Shown piece after piece: positions 21,791 through 30,896 of a stretch of 64,000 nucleotides of DNA. The notes below the pieces were generated by a model. That model was not told the DNA's origin, ran no database searches, and saw only the letters and a program-made list of their open reading frames with translations. The position numbers and the translations under genes were made by a program. The stretch spans positions 32,001 to 96,000 of the forward strand of contig CAWAXX010000012.1 of NCBI GenBank assembly GCA_963786105.1, given 5' to 3'. This DNA is from Vulcanimicrobiota bacterium (GTDB lineage: Bacteria; Vulcanimicrobiota; Vulcanimicrobiia; Vulcanimicrobiales; Vulcanimicrobiaceae). The number at the start of each line of letters is the position of its first letter. Within the stretch, counting starts at the first letter, position 1.

Positions 21791-22645
21791 ATGCACGTTC
21801 TCAAACCGGATGAAAAAGAAGTGCCTCAAATCGGAGCAGCGGCAGCGAAGCTCGGCAGAGCGATCGTGATCACGTCGGGAAAAGGCGGCGTTGGGAAAAC
21901 GACGACCACGGCAAATATCGGCACCGCGCTCGCTCGGCGCGGCGCCAGCGTCGTGCTCGTCGACGCGGACGTCGGGCTGCGTAATCTGGACATCGTGCTC
22001 GGGCTGGAGAGCCGCGTCAAGCATCACTTGCTCGACGTGCTCGAAGACCAAGTTTCGCTCGACGATGCGCTGGTTGCCGACAAGCACAGTCCGACGCTGC
22101 GCCTGCTCGCCGCGGCCCAGTCGCGCGAAAAAGAGGACGTCGATACCGACAAGATGCGCGCGCTAATCCAGTCGCTGCGCGAACGCTTCGACTACGTGCT
22201 GATCGACTGCCCGGCCGGAATCGAGCTCGGCTTTAAGAACGCGGTCGCCGGAGCCGACGAAGCGATCGTGGTCTGCACGCCGGAGGTCTCGGCGGTGCGC
22301 GACGTCGATCGCGTCGTCGGTCTTCTCGGCAACGCGTTCAAGCCTCAGCTCGTAATCAACCGGTTGCGGCCGCAGCTCGTCAAAAAGGGCAAGATGCTGT
22401 CGGTAGACGACGTCAACGCCATTTTGCGGCTTCCGCTGCTGGGGGTGATCGCCGACGAACCTGAGATCATCGTCTCGACGAACCGCGGCGAGCCCTTGGC
22501 GTTGCGCGACGATGCACCGACCGGAGCCGCGTATCGCGCGATCGCCGCGCGGGTGGCCGGCGAGGACGTACCGGCGCCGTTCCCGCCGGTCGCGCAAACG
22601 TTCTTCGAGCGGTTGGGCTCGATGTTCGGAGGCAAGCGCTCGTGA
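21791..22645 (+). CDS. minD: Septum site-determining ATPase MinD (copy 2)
   Basis: Same motif set as copy 1; C-terminus FFERLGSMFG. Confidence 0.93.
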   Translation: MHVLKPDEKEVPQIGAAAAKLGRAIVITSGKGGVGKTTTTANIGTALARRGASVVLVDADVGLRNLDIVLGLESRVKHHLLDVLEDQVSLDDALVADKHSPTLRLLAAAQSREKEDVDTDKMRALIQSLRERFDYVLIDCPAGIELGFKNAVAGADEAIVVCTPEVSAVRDVDRVVGLLGNAFKPQLVINRLRPQLVKKGKMLSVDDVNAILRLPLLGVIADEPEIIVSTNRGEPLALRDDAPTGAAYRAIAARVAGEDVPAPFPPVAQTFFERLGSMFGGKRS

Positions 22646-23073
22646 TCGACTTCCTCAAGAAACTCTTCGGCCACTCCGGTTCGAGCTCGACCGCGAAGGA
22701 ACGCCTGCGTCTCGTCCTGATGACCGACCATCTCGAACTCGCGCCGGACATGATCGACGCCATGAAGCGCGACCTCGTCGACGTCATTTCGCGCTACGTG
22801 GAGGTGGATCGCGACAAGATCGACGTGACGTTCGAGCAGCAGGACAAGGCGCTTGCGATGCTCGCGAATATCCCGATCCTATCGGTCAATCGCAACAACG
22901 GCCACCCGGTCCCCGTCGCCGCCGTGCCCGCAACCGGCGCAGCCCCCGCAACCGTCGCTGCGGCGGCAATCGAGGATTCCGCGCCAGCCGCGCCGGTCAA
23001 ACGCAAGCGCCGCCGCCGCAAGAAGGCGAAGGCCCAAGGCGTCGCCGGGGTGCCGGAAACGGCGCCGGCCTAG
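22642..23073 (+). CDS. minE: Cell division topological specificity factor MinE
   Basis: MIDFLKKLFG...AKERLRLVL...VISRYV...ANIPI sequence. Confidence 0.93.
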   Translation: MIDFLKKLFGHSGSSSTAKERLRLVLMTDHLELAPDMIDAMKRDLVDVISRYVEVDRDKIDVTFEQQDKALAMLANIPILSVNRNNGHPVPVAAVPATGAAPATVAAAAIEDSAPAAPVKRKRRRRKKAKAQGVAGVPETAPA

Positions 23074-23081
23074 CCGGCGGC

Positions 23082-24215
23082 GTGGCGGCGTTAACGCTCG
23101 GCAGCGGCGCGAAACGCTTCGTCCGCAATTTCAACTGGCCGCTGGCGATCGCCGCGGCCGCTGCAACGGCGATTGGTATCGTGTGTATCGGATCCGCCGG
23201 TTTGCACAATCCGCAATTCGCCGGCGAAGCGCGGCGTCAGCTGATCTACGTCTGCCTCGGCGTCGCGCTCATGATCGCTACGTCGTTTGTCGACTATCGC
23301 AACTGGCAGCGGTGGGCACCCGGGTTGTACGCCGTCAATCTGCTCCTACTGCTCTTCATTCTTCGCGGCGGTCACAGCGCGCTCGGAGCTCAGCGCTGGA
23401 TCTCGCTCGGCCCGCTCGGCACGTTTCAACCATCGGAACCCGCAAAACTCGTTCTCGCCATATCGTTGGCGGCCGTGTTGTGCCGAGGCAGCTACGATCG
23501 ATTGCAAGATCTCTGGAAACCGCTGTTGACCGTCGGAATTCCGGCGCTGCTCATCCTCAAGCAGCCCGACCTCGGCACCGCACTGGTGCTGCTGGCCATT
23601 CTTACCGTGCAACTCTTTCTGGGATTGCCGAAGCTGGGCGACTTCGCGATCTACGCGCTCGGCGTGCTGTTGGTGGCCGCCGTCGCCATCGGTACCAAGG
23701 CGGTGCTCAAGCCGTTTCAAAAAGCGCGGCTCTTCGTCTTTCTCAACCCGAAGTTGGACCCGCTCGGCGCGGGTTACAGTCTCAACCAATCGAAAATCGC
23801 GGTGGGCAGCGGCGAGTGGTTGGGGCGCGGACTTTACCACGGAACGCAGACGCAGTTGAATTTCGTTCCCGAAAACTCTACCGACTTCATCTTTACCGTG
23901 CTGGCCGAGGAGTGGGGCTTTGCGGGCGCGATGGTACTCTTACTGTTGTACGTCACGCTGCTCTACGGCGGCATTCGCAGCATGCTCGCCGCCCGCGATC
24001 GCTTCGGATTTCTCCTCGCCGCCGGATTGGTCGGCATGTTCTTTTTCCATATCTTGGTCAACGTCGGCATGACGATCGGCATCATGCCGATTACCGGCAT
24101 CCCGCTTCCGTTCGTCTCTTTCGGAGGCTCGGCGGTGTTGACGGGCTTTGCCGCCGTCGGCATTTTGCTCAACATACACTCCCAGCGTGACCGCGACGTC
24201 CTAGGAAACGCCTGA
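23082..24215 (+). CDS. rodA: Rod shape-determining SEDS protein RodA
   Basis: GAQRWI, QPSEPAK, QPDLGT, TDFIF and GIPLPFVSFGGS motifs. Confidence 0.93.
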   Translation: MAALTLGSGAKRFVRNFNWPLAIAAAAATAIGIVCIGSAGLHNPQFAGEARRQLIYVCLGVALMIATSFVDYRNWQRWAPGLYAVNLLLLLFILRGGHSALGAQRWISLGPLGTFQPSEPAKLVLAISLAAVLCRGSYDRLQDLWKPLLTVGIPALLILKQPDLGTALVLLAILTVQLFLGLPKLGDFAIYALGVLLVAAVAIGTKAVLKPFQKARLFVFLNPKLDPLGAGYSLNQSKIAVGSGEWLGRGLYHGTQTQLNFVPENSTDFIFTVLAEEWGFAGAMVLLLLYVTLLYGGIRSMLAARDRFGFLLAAGLVGMFFFHILVNVGMTIGIMPITGIPLPFVSFGGSAVLTGFAAVGILLNIHSQRDRDVLGNA

Positions 24216-24318
24216 GAAACGCCTTGGTTTATCCCATCTCTTCGTCGTCGCGGGACTCATTTGCCGTAGCAAACTTCGCCCCTCGACTCCTCGATCTGGA
24301 ATAAACGAAGACGTTTCT
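24215..24318. repeat. Long imperfect palindrome between convergent genes
   Basis: agaaacg-ctt-gtttat-cca pairs with tgg-ataaac-aag-cgtttct; inner hairpin tttgc-cgta-gcaaa. Confidence 0.55.
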
Positions 24319-24919
24319 ATCTCTTACAGTATACGTGAGTTTCGGGCAGCGTAACGACGAGTTCGTAGCCGCGGCTTTGCAGGCGGTCGGCGTGCACCGG
24401 CGTGTAGTAGAGAATCCACTCGTCGATGGGATCGGAGCGTTCGGAGAGGCGATCGAGCACGTCGTCGAGTGCTTCCCCGTCGAAGGGATTGTACAGGAAA
24501 ACGACCAGAGGTCCGCCGGGAAATCGATACTGCCGGACGTCGGCCCGCACCAGCCGGACGTCGCGGCAGCGGGTCGTGAAGTCGTGAGCCTTGTCGAGAT
24601 TCTCGCGCGCGATTTGATAGAGGGCCGGAGAGATCTCAACGCCGACGATTTGGGCGAACGCGAACTCGCTCGCCAGCATGACCGCGCGTCCCATGCCCGC
24701 GCCCACGTCGACGAACGCCGACGATCGAATCACCGATTCGGGAAGACGTGCGATCACGTTGCGAAACGCGGCCACCGGAACGGCCTCATAGTGCGTCGCG
24801 TGCGCCCCCGCATCGCCGGTCGAGTCCGGGTCCAGATCGCTCAGGAAGGCGATCGCGTGGGTCGTCACGCCGTGATCCCGATCGAATCGCCTTCCGGCCG
24901 CGCGCTCCGGCTTCGCCAT
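24317..24919 (-). CDS. Class I SAM-dependent methyltransferase
   Basis: FVDVGAGMGR, GVEIS and FLYNPF motifs. Confidence 0.85.
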   Translation of the reverse strand: MAKPERAAGRRFDRDHGVTTHAIAFLSDLDPDSTGDAGAHATHYEAVPVAAFRNVIARLPESVIRSSAFVDVGAGMGRAVMLASEFAFAQIVGVEISPALYQIARENLDKAHDFTTRCRDVRLVRADVRQYRFPGGPLVVFLYNPFDGEALDDVLDRLSERSDPIDEWILYYTPVHADRLQSRGYELVVTLPETHVYCKR

Positions 24920-24927
24920 ACGCGTGC

Positions 24928-25797
24928 ATGAACCGATTCTGTGTGCGCGACCTGCACGGACCGCTGGACGAGCGAACCTTCGCACGGTTACCGCCCGACG
25001 CGCGCATTCAGTGGCGAGAGCCGCTGGCGGCGGACGACCTGACGCGAGCGGCGAGCTGGCTGCGCGCCCATTCGGACGCGAGCCTTCGCTTGTATGGAAG
25101 CGCTTGTTCGCAACTCGGCGCGCTGGCAGCGGGTCAGTCCTTGCCCGCCCGGCTAGGGCTCGACGCGACGCGGCTTCAATCGAGCCTTCGACCGATGCCG
25201 GGAGTCGTCGATCTGACCCTCGACGGTGCCCCGCCGGACGCCCGGTCGATCCTCGCGGCCGTCCCAGCGCTGGAAACCTTGCAGGTGGACTTTGGCGGCG
25301 CGGCATTCGATCCGAGCGCTCTTTCCAACGTCGCTCGTCTGCAAAGGCTCTCGTTGGCGAGAACGACGTTGTGCGGCCGCCGCGCGCAATCGTCGCCGGC
25401 GCTGCAGGTCCTCGAGTTGCGGGATGTCGGCGCCGGCGGCATCGACGACATGTTGCGCCTTCCGAGCTTACGCGCTCTCCGGCTCCGCGGCATCGCGAAA
25501 TTGCGGTCGGTCGACGCGCTTGCCGATCATCCCAATCTGCGCATCTTGGCGTTGGAATCGCTCGTGCATCTCGATAGCCTGCGCGTCTTGTCGACGCTTC
25601 CGCGGCTCGAATCACTCGACATCGCCGGCTTGTGGCAGTTTTCGCTATCCGACGTGGGCGTCATCACGTCGATAAAAGGATTGCGCCGCCTGGCGATCGA
25701 CATTGGGGGCCGCCGGAAGAACGTAGAGATCTACAAGCAGATGCGGCTTCCTAAACCGCCACCTTTCGACCTGCGCTACGATTTGACGACGTCGTAG
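24928..25797 (+). CDS. Leucine-rich repeat protein
   Basis: Repeated LxxLxL units (LPSLRALRLRG, HPNLRILALE, LPRLESLDI). Confidence 0.7.
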   Translation: MNRFCVRDLHGPLDERTFARLPPDARIQWREPLAADDLTRAASWLRAHSDASLRLYGSACSQLGALAAGQSLPARLGLDATRLQSSLRPMPGVVDLTLDGAPPDARSILAAVPALETLQVDFGGAAFDPSALSNVARLQRLSLARTTLCGRRAQSSPALQVLELRDVGAGGIDDMLRLPSLRALRLRGIAKLRSVDALADHPNLRILALESLVHLDSLRVLSTLPRLESLDIAGLWQFSLSDVGVITSIKGLRRLAIDIGGRRKNVEIYKQMRLPKPPPFDLRYDLTTS

Positions 25798-26174
25798 GAG
25801 TTCGGCGTGCAGAGTCTGCCGGCGTACTTGTCGTCCGTCACGACCAGCGGTGATGCGCCGGGATTGGTGGCCGAAAAGGGCGGAGAGTAGATCGTCACGC
25901 CGGCCGGAAGGCGAGCCGCCGTTCCTCCAGCGACTGCCAGGTCGATGGCAGCAAAGTCCCCGTCGTTAATCGCGCGCCTCAGCGGGGCGCAGTTCAGGGC
26001 GATCACGACGTCCCGGTTGGTCACCAAGACCGACGTCGAGGCTTCGACCATCGTGTCGTCCTGCAGCTTGCCTTTATAAGCGGTCGCGACGTGGGACGGC
26101 GAGGGGGAGTGACTGCAGCCGGCGGTAACTGCAAGGAAAAGCGCAACGATCGCGCACCTTCTGGTGGTTGGCAT
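25776..26174 (-). CDS. Small hypothetical lipoprotein
   Basis: MPTTRR...LFLAVTAGC lipobox. Confidence 0.6.
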   Translation of the reverse strand: MPTTRRCAIVALFLAVTAGCSHSPSPSHVATAYKGKLQDDTMVEASTSVLVTNRDVVIALNCAPLRRAINDGDFAAIDLAVAGGTAARLPAGVTIYSPPFSATNPGASPLVVTDDKYAGRLCTPNSYDVVKS

Positions 26175-26282
26175 GTGGGAAGGTCCGGTTCCGGAAGGAC
26201 GGGAAAGGGCCCTCTGACCGGCTTGGAGGCCTTGCCAGCGTGCGAGACCCGCCGGTAGACGCGTTTTTAAATTTTTTATCGA

Positions 26283-26396
26283 GGGCTGCCGTCGCGACGC
26301 CGAGCGTCGCCCCACAGTCGTGAGCGATCCCGGGTGAGAGAAGCCCGCTGGGTCGCATCGTGGAGGAATGGAGAGACCGGCGCGCCGCCGCAGCCC
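26283..26396 (+). promoter_or_regulatory. Structured 5' leader of RNase E/G gene
   Basis: Closing stem gggctgc/gcagccc encloses hairpins gcgacgc/gcgtcgc and gcgatcc/gggtcgc; AT-rich -10-like tract at ~26265-26278. Confidence 0.45.
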
Positions 26397-26417
26397 GGAA
26401 GACAATTGAGGACAAAT

Positions 26418-29087
26418 TTGTCAAGCGAGATATTGATCTCGAGCGACCCGTGGGAAAACCGGGTCGCCATTCTAGAGGACGGCGATCTCGCCGAACTCTA
26501 CATCGAGCGCGAAGAGAAAGTCATCGGTTCGATTTTCAAAGGCAGAGTACAAAACGTGCTCCCCGGAATGGGAGCGGCGTTCGTCGACATCGGTTTAGGG
26601 CGAAATGCCTTTCTGTACGTCGACGACATCAACAAGCAACCGCTGAACATCGGCGACGTAGAAATAACGCAAGGCCACAGCGGATTTACGATCGGCGAAA
26701 AAGTCAAGCGCGGCGACGACATCCTCGTGCAGATCGTCAAAGAACCACGCGGCCTCAAAGGGGCGCGAATCTCGACGAACATCTCCTTGCCGGGGCGCTA
26801 TCTCATTTTGATGCCGACCGGCAAGTATTCGGGCGTTTCCCGCAAGATCGAATCGGTGCAAGAACGCGATCGGCTCAAGGCGGTCATGAAGCGGATCCGT
26901 CCCGAAGGCATGGCGTCCGTGGTTCGTACGGCCGCCGCCGGAGTCAGCGAAGCGGAACTCATCGCCGATCTCGGCGTTCTGATCCGCATGTGGCACGGCA
27001 TTTTGGAAATGTATAAGCGCGCCCCGTCGCCCTCGCTCCTGCACAAGGACATGAACCTTATCTACAAGGCGGCGCGCGATTTCATTACCGCCGACGTCGA
27101 TCGCGTCTTGATCGACGACGAGGAAGAATATCGCAAGGTTCGAGATTTCTTACAACTTCTCGGTCCGCAGTACCTTAGCCGCGTGGAGCACTACGACTCG
27201 GGGCGGGCGCTGTTCGACGATTTCCACATCAACGAAGAGCTGCAGAAGTTGATGAAACCGAAGATTACGCTGCCCTCGGGCGGCTCGATCGTGATCGAAT
27301 CGACCGAAGCGCTGACGGTCATCGACGTCAACTCCGGAAAATTTACCGGCGGCCGCAACCTCGAGGACACGATACTCAAGACCAACCTCGAAGCCGCGCA
27401 AGAGCTGGCGCGCCAAGTGCGGTTGCGCGACATCGGCGGGATCATCGTCGTCGATTTTATCGACATGGCGTCGGAAGTGTCGCGCAGCAAGGTTATCAAA
27501 GCGCTCGAAGACGGCCTGCGACGCGATCGCACCCGCGCAACCATTCAGTCGTTCTCGAATCTCGGGCTCTTGGAGTTCACGCGCAAGCGCGTTGGAAAAG
27601 ACCTCGGAGCGCAGCTTCGCGGAACCTGTCCCACATGTTCGGGCATGGGCAGCGTGATGTCATCGCAATCGGTCGCCATCGAGACCTTCCGGCATATCCG
27701 CAGCTCGGTCGACGGAGCGGCGGGAGGCGATGTCGTCGCGTACGTCGCGCCGACCGTCGCGACGCAGATGGACTTCTGGTACGAGACCGAGTGCGAAGAG
27801 CTTTCGCGCTCGTTCGGTCATCCGATCCACGTGCGCGTCGATCCGATGCTACATCCCGAAAAATCCAGAGTCGACGTCGTGCCTCATTTCGAAGATTCGC
27901 CGGCCCACGTGATACGCGTCGGGGACGAGCACGAAGTCGAGTTGCTGGCGGGACGTTTGCCGAACCCGACGTCCGCGGCCACGGTGGTCGAAAACCGGGT
28001 CGTGGAAGTCGAAAACGGCGCGAACAACGCTGGGAATACGGCGCGGATTCGCATCCTCGACGTGGACGACGTGCAAGACTACGTTCTCGCCGAAATGGTC
28101 ACCGCGGACGCGGCCGCGGCGAAGAAGCGGCGCCGCCGAGGGCGCGGGGCGAAGGCACCGCTTACCGCCGCCGAGCAAGCCAAGCAGCTTCGCGAGCTGG
28201 CCGAAGAGGCCGCGCACCAGGCACAAGCCCGGCCGCCGATCGGGATCACGACGAGCACCGAAGAGGAAGAGGCCCAGGACAAGGCGCTGCTCGCCGAGCG
28301 GCGCGGAGAAGAGCAGGCCGACGCGATCATCATCGCGCAGGGCGAAGTTCAGCACGGCGATGCCGAGGGCGCAGCCGAGGAGCGCCATAAACGGCGCCGC
28401 CGACGGCGTGGACGCCGGGGGCGTGGCGGACGAGGTCCCGAGGTGGGCGCTCCTCAAACCCCGAGCGCTTTCGTGCGACCGGTTGAAGCTTTGGACGGCG
28501 ACGACGATGAACTGCTTCCGCCGGCTGCGTCGTCCGTTGCCGCCGAGGCGGCCGGACCGGGCGAAGCAGGGCGGCGTCATCGGCGGCGTCGTCATCGCCG
28601 GCGCGGGCGTGCCGTGGGCCAGCCGGAGGGAGGCGCCGAGCCTCTGACCGGTTCGCTTCCACAGCGACCGGTGTCGCCGGACCGGCACATCTTTCGCGTT
28701 GGCTCCGACGGCGCGGCTCAACCGACCGGGACGACCGCGCCGCGCGAACCCTCGCGGGCGATTGCGCGCGTCCGCGGCGCTCAGCCGCCGGCCGTCGAAG
28801 CCCCGCCGCCAAGCCTCGTCGCAGCCGCCGACGAACCGCAAAAAACCAAGCCGGTGCGCCGTCGCCGCGCTTCCGCTCCCGTCGACAAGGCCCCAGCCGA
28901 ACTGGAAAGCGTGCCGCTCGCGGCGCTGCCCTCGGCTGAAAGCAAGCCTAAACGCGTGCGGAAAACGGCAAAGCCCGCCGCCGAGAAATCGCCTGCGAAG
29001 ACCAAAAAAGAACCGGCGGCGCGCAAAAAGACGACCACGACGCGAAAGAAAAAAGCGGCCGCGTCGGCCGCTAAGAAAAAGAACTAG
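26418..29087 (+). CDS. rne: Rne/Rng family ribonuclease with long disordered C-terminus
   Basis: S1 domain (GRVQNVLPGMGAAFVDIG), IDVNSGKF, RLRDIGGIIVVDFIDM and CPTC Zn link. Confidence 0.93.
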   Translation: MSSEILISSDPWENRVAILEDGDLAELYIEREEKVIGSIFKGRVQNVLPGMGAAFVDIGLGRNAFLYVDDINKQPLNIGDVEITQGHSGFTIGEKVKRGDDILVQIVKEPRGLKGARISTNISLPGRYLILMPTGKYSGVSRKIESVQERDRLKAVMKRIRPEGMASVVRTAAAGVSEAELIADLGVLIRMWHGILEMYKRAPSPSLLHKDMNLIYKAARDFITADVDRVLIDDEEEYRKVRDFLQLLGPQYLSRVEHYDSGRALFDDFHINEELQKLMKPKITLPSGGSIVIESTEALTVIDVNSGKFTGGRNLEDTILKTNLEAAQELARQVRLRDIGGIIVVDFIDMASEVSRSKVIKALEDGLRRDRTRATIQSFSNLGLLEFTRKRVGKDLGAQLRGTCPTCSGMGSVMSSQSVAIETFRHIRSSVDGAAGGDVVAYVAPTVATQMDFWYETECEELSRSFGHPIHVRVDPMLHPEKSRVDVVPHFEDSPAHVIRVGDEHEVELLAGRLPNPTSAATVVENRVVEVENGANNAGNTARIRILDVDDVQDYVLAEMVTADAAAAKKRRRRGRGAKAPLTAAEQAKQLRELAEEAAHQAQARPPIGITTSTEEEEAQDKALLAERRGEEQADAIIIAQGEVQHGDAEGAAEERHKRRRRRRGRRGRGGRGPEVGAPQTPSAFVRPVEALDGDDDELLPPAASSVAAEAAGPGEAGRRHRRRRHRRRGRAVGQPEGGAEPLTGSLPQRPVSPDRHIFRVGSDGAAQPTGTTAPREPSRAIARVRGAQPPAVEAPPPSLVAAADEPQKTKPVRRRRASAPVDKAPAELESVPLAALPSAESKPKRVRKTAKPAAEKSPAKTKKEPAARKKTTTTRKKKAAASAAKKKN

Positions 29088-30724
29088 GGCGTTCGTCGCC
29101 CTCGTGTCTTTTTGTGAAGCCGGTCGGATCCGCACTTGCCGTTGCTATAGCCCCAGCAGATGAGGGCAAATCCGTCGCCGGAGTTCACGTTGCTATTCAA
29201 GATCACGTTCGTCGCGCTCGCTTCCGCAAAGGCCGAGCCGCCGCCGCCGCCGGCGCCGGCATTACCGCCACCGCCTCCGTAGTAGCCGCCCCCGCCCCCG
29301 CCGCTGCCGTACCGGGTGTCTCCCGATGGGCTGCCGCAGTAGCCCACGCCGGCGCCGCCCACGCCGAGCGAGCCGCCGTTCGTCCCCGCGCCTCCGGTGC
29401 CGCCCGCGCTCTGCGTGCCGCCACCGCCGCCCTTGCCTTTAAAAAAGGAGCCCCCGCAGTAACCGTCGCCGCCGCTTTGCCCGGCGAGGCCGCCCCCGTA
29501 ACCGCCGTACGCAGTCTGAAACGGCGTCGAATAACCGCTGCCGCCACCGCCGCCCGCCACGAGGACGCGGTTTGCCAGCGCGCTGCCGCCCTGGCGGACG
29601 TCGGTCGCACCGCCTCCGCCGTTGCCGCCGGCAAAATCCGAGCCCATGGGAGGCGGCCCGGCGCCTCCGCCGTTGAATCCGCCGGCGCCCGCGGAATACA
29701 GCGAGCCTATACCGCCGGTGCCGCCGACGAAGATCGCGAGCGACTCGCCCGGCGTCGCCGGAATCGTCGCCCCAGACCCACCGCCGAGCCCACCAGGATT
29801 GCTAGCATTCAGTTCCCCGCCCGACGCCGCATAGGCCACGAGATAGACGGTCGTCGCGCAAGTAGGGACGGTGAAGTTCTGTGAGCCGCCGGTATAGTTG
29901 AAGCTGGCGAAGCCGGGGCTAATGGTAGCCGGTTTGAATTGGCCGCTGCCGGTAACGCTGCCGGCTTGGGCACCGATCGTTGCGGCGCCGCCCGGGATTG
30001 GATTGCCGTTCCACGCGATGGTTGCGACGTCGGAGGAACTCAGCAACGTATCGGATGGCGGGTTATCTTTGCCGCTGGTCGCAATCGCGGTCGCGCCGCT
30101 GGTGTCGCTGTCGGAGAGCGTAATCGACGTCGCGTAGGTGCCGAAGATCGTGTAGGTGTCCGCGTCGAATGCGGTCACTGTGAAGGGCGTGGGTGGGATG
30201 GCCGCGCACGTGCTCGGAAAGCCCCCGGCGAACAAACTCGCCAAAACGCCCTCGAGCTTGGGTGAAATGCTGGTCGTTTGCCCCGTCTTGATGGTGAACG
30301 GCACGCCAGACGCGGTCGACAGCAGATGGGCGTTGAGGGGAATCTGGCCCTGCACCGGCGCGAGATCGTAGAGGTTGACGCCGGTTGTGTAGTCGCCGGA
30401 CTTCAGGGCGAGGTCGATCGTGCACACGAGCGGTCCCATCACTTTCGTGCAATGCGGATTACCGTGGGTCAATTTGAACGCTTGGGTGCCGTTTGACGGC
30501 CCCGTCCATACCAGCGTCATGCCTCTGGTCGCCGGCGAGACGTAGCTCTTGGCACTGCCGCGTTTCTTGGGGATGCTGATTTGGAGCGTGAGCGTGCCCT
30601 TGCCCGCAGCTGGCGCGGGGCCGCCGTCGGCGAGCGGGGGCGAAACGGTTTGCGGCGTGCCGCCGGCACAGCCGGCCAGAAGTACCGCAATACAAAAAAC
30701 CGCAAACGCTCTAACCGTTCTCAT
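29084..30724 (-). CDS. Lipoprotein with C-terminal glycine-rich domain
   Basis: LLAGC lipobox; FNYTG..Q.FTVP start of the Gly-rich domain; GGGGATDVR and GGGYYGGGGG. Confidence 0.75.
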   Translation of the reverse strand: MRTVRAFAVFCIAVLLAGCAGGTPQTVSPPLADGGPAPAAGKGTLTLQISIPKKRGSAKSYVSPATRGMTLVWTGPSNGTQAFKLTHGNPHCTKVMGPLVCTIDLALKSGDYTTGVNLYDLAPVQGQIPLNAHLLSTASGVPFTIKTGQTTSISPKLEGVLASLFAGGFPSTCAAIPPTPFTVTAFDADTYTIFGTYATSITLSDSDTSGATAIATSGKDNPPSDTLLSSSDVATIAWNGNPIPGGAATIGAQAGSVTGSGQFKPATISPGFASFNYTGGSQNFTVPTCATTVYLVAYAASGGELNASNPGGLGGGSGATIPATPGESLAIFVGGTGGIGSLYSAGAGGFNGGGAGPPPMGSDFAGGNGGGGATDVRQGGSALANRVLVAGGGGGSGYSTPFQTAYGGYGGGLAGQSGGDGYCGGSFFKGKGGGGGTQSAGGTGGAGTNGGSLGVGGAGVGYCGSPSGDTRYGSGGGGGGYYGGGGGNAGAGGGGGSAFAEASATNVILNSNVNSGDGFALICWGYSNGKCGSDRLHKKTRGRRTP

Positions 30725-30896
30725 CACAGCCCCATTTCTGCCACCGTCAGTCAAAGACGGATGCATCCACACGTTCGGTTGGCATATGGGCGTATCCCGC
30801 GGTCGCTCGTGCAACACGTGAGACACCGCTCGCTTGCAATGGTTCGATTGACGTGCGCGGTGCGCCGGGCGTAGCCGGCCGCAAACCTACAAGTCC

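Noticed and set aside
26175..26215. SRP-like aggtccggttccggaagga segment
   Set aside because: It lacks the AGCAG internal loop and flanking helix.
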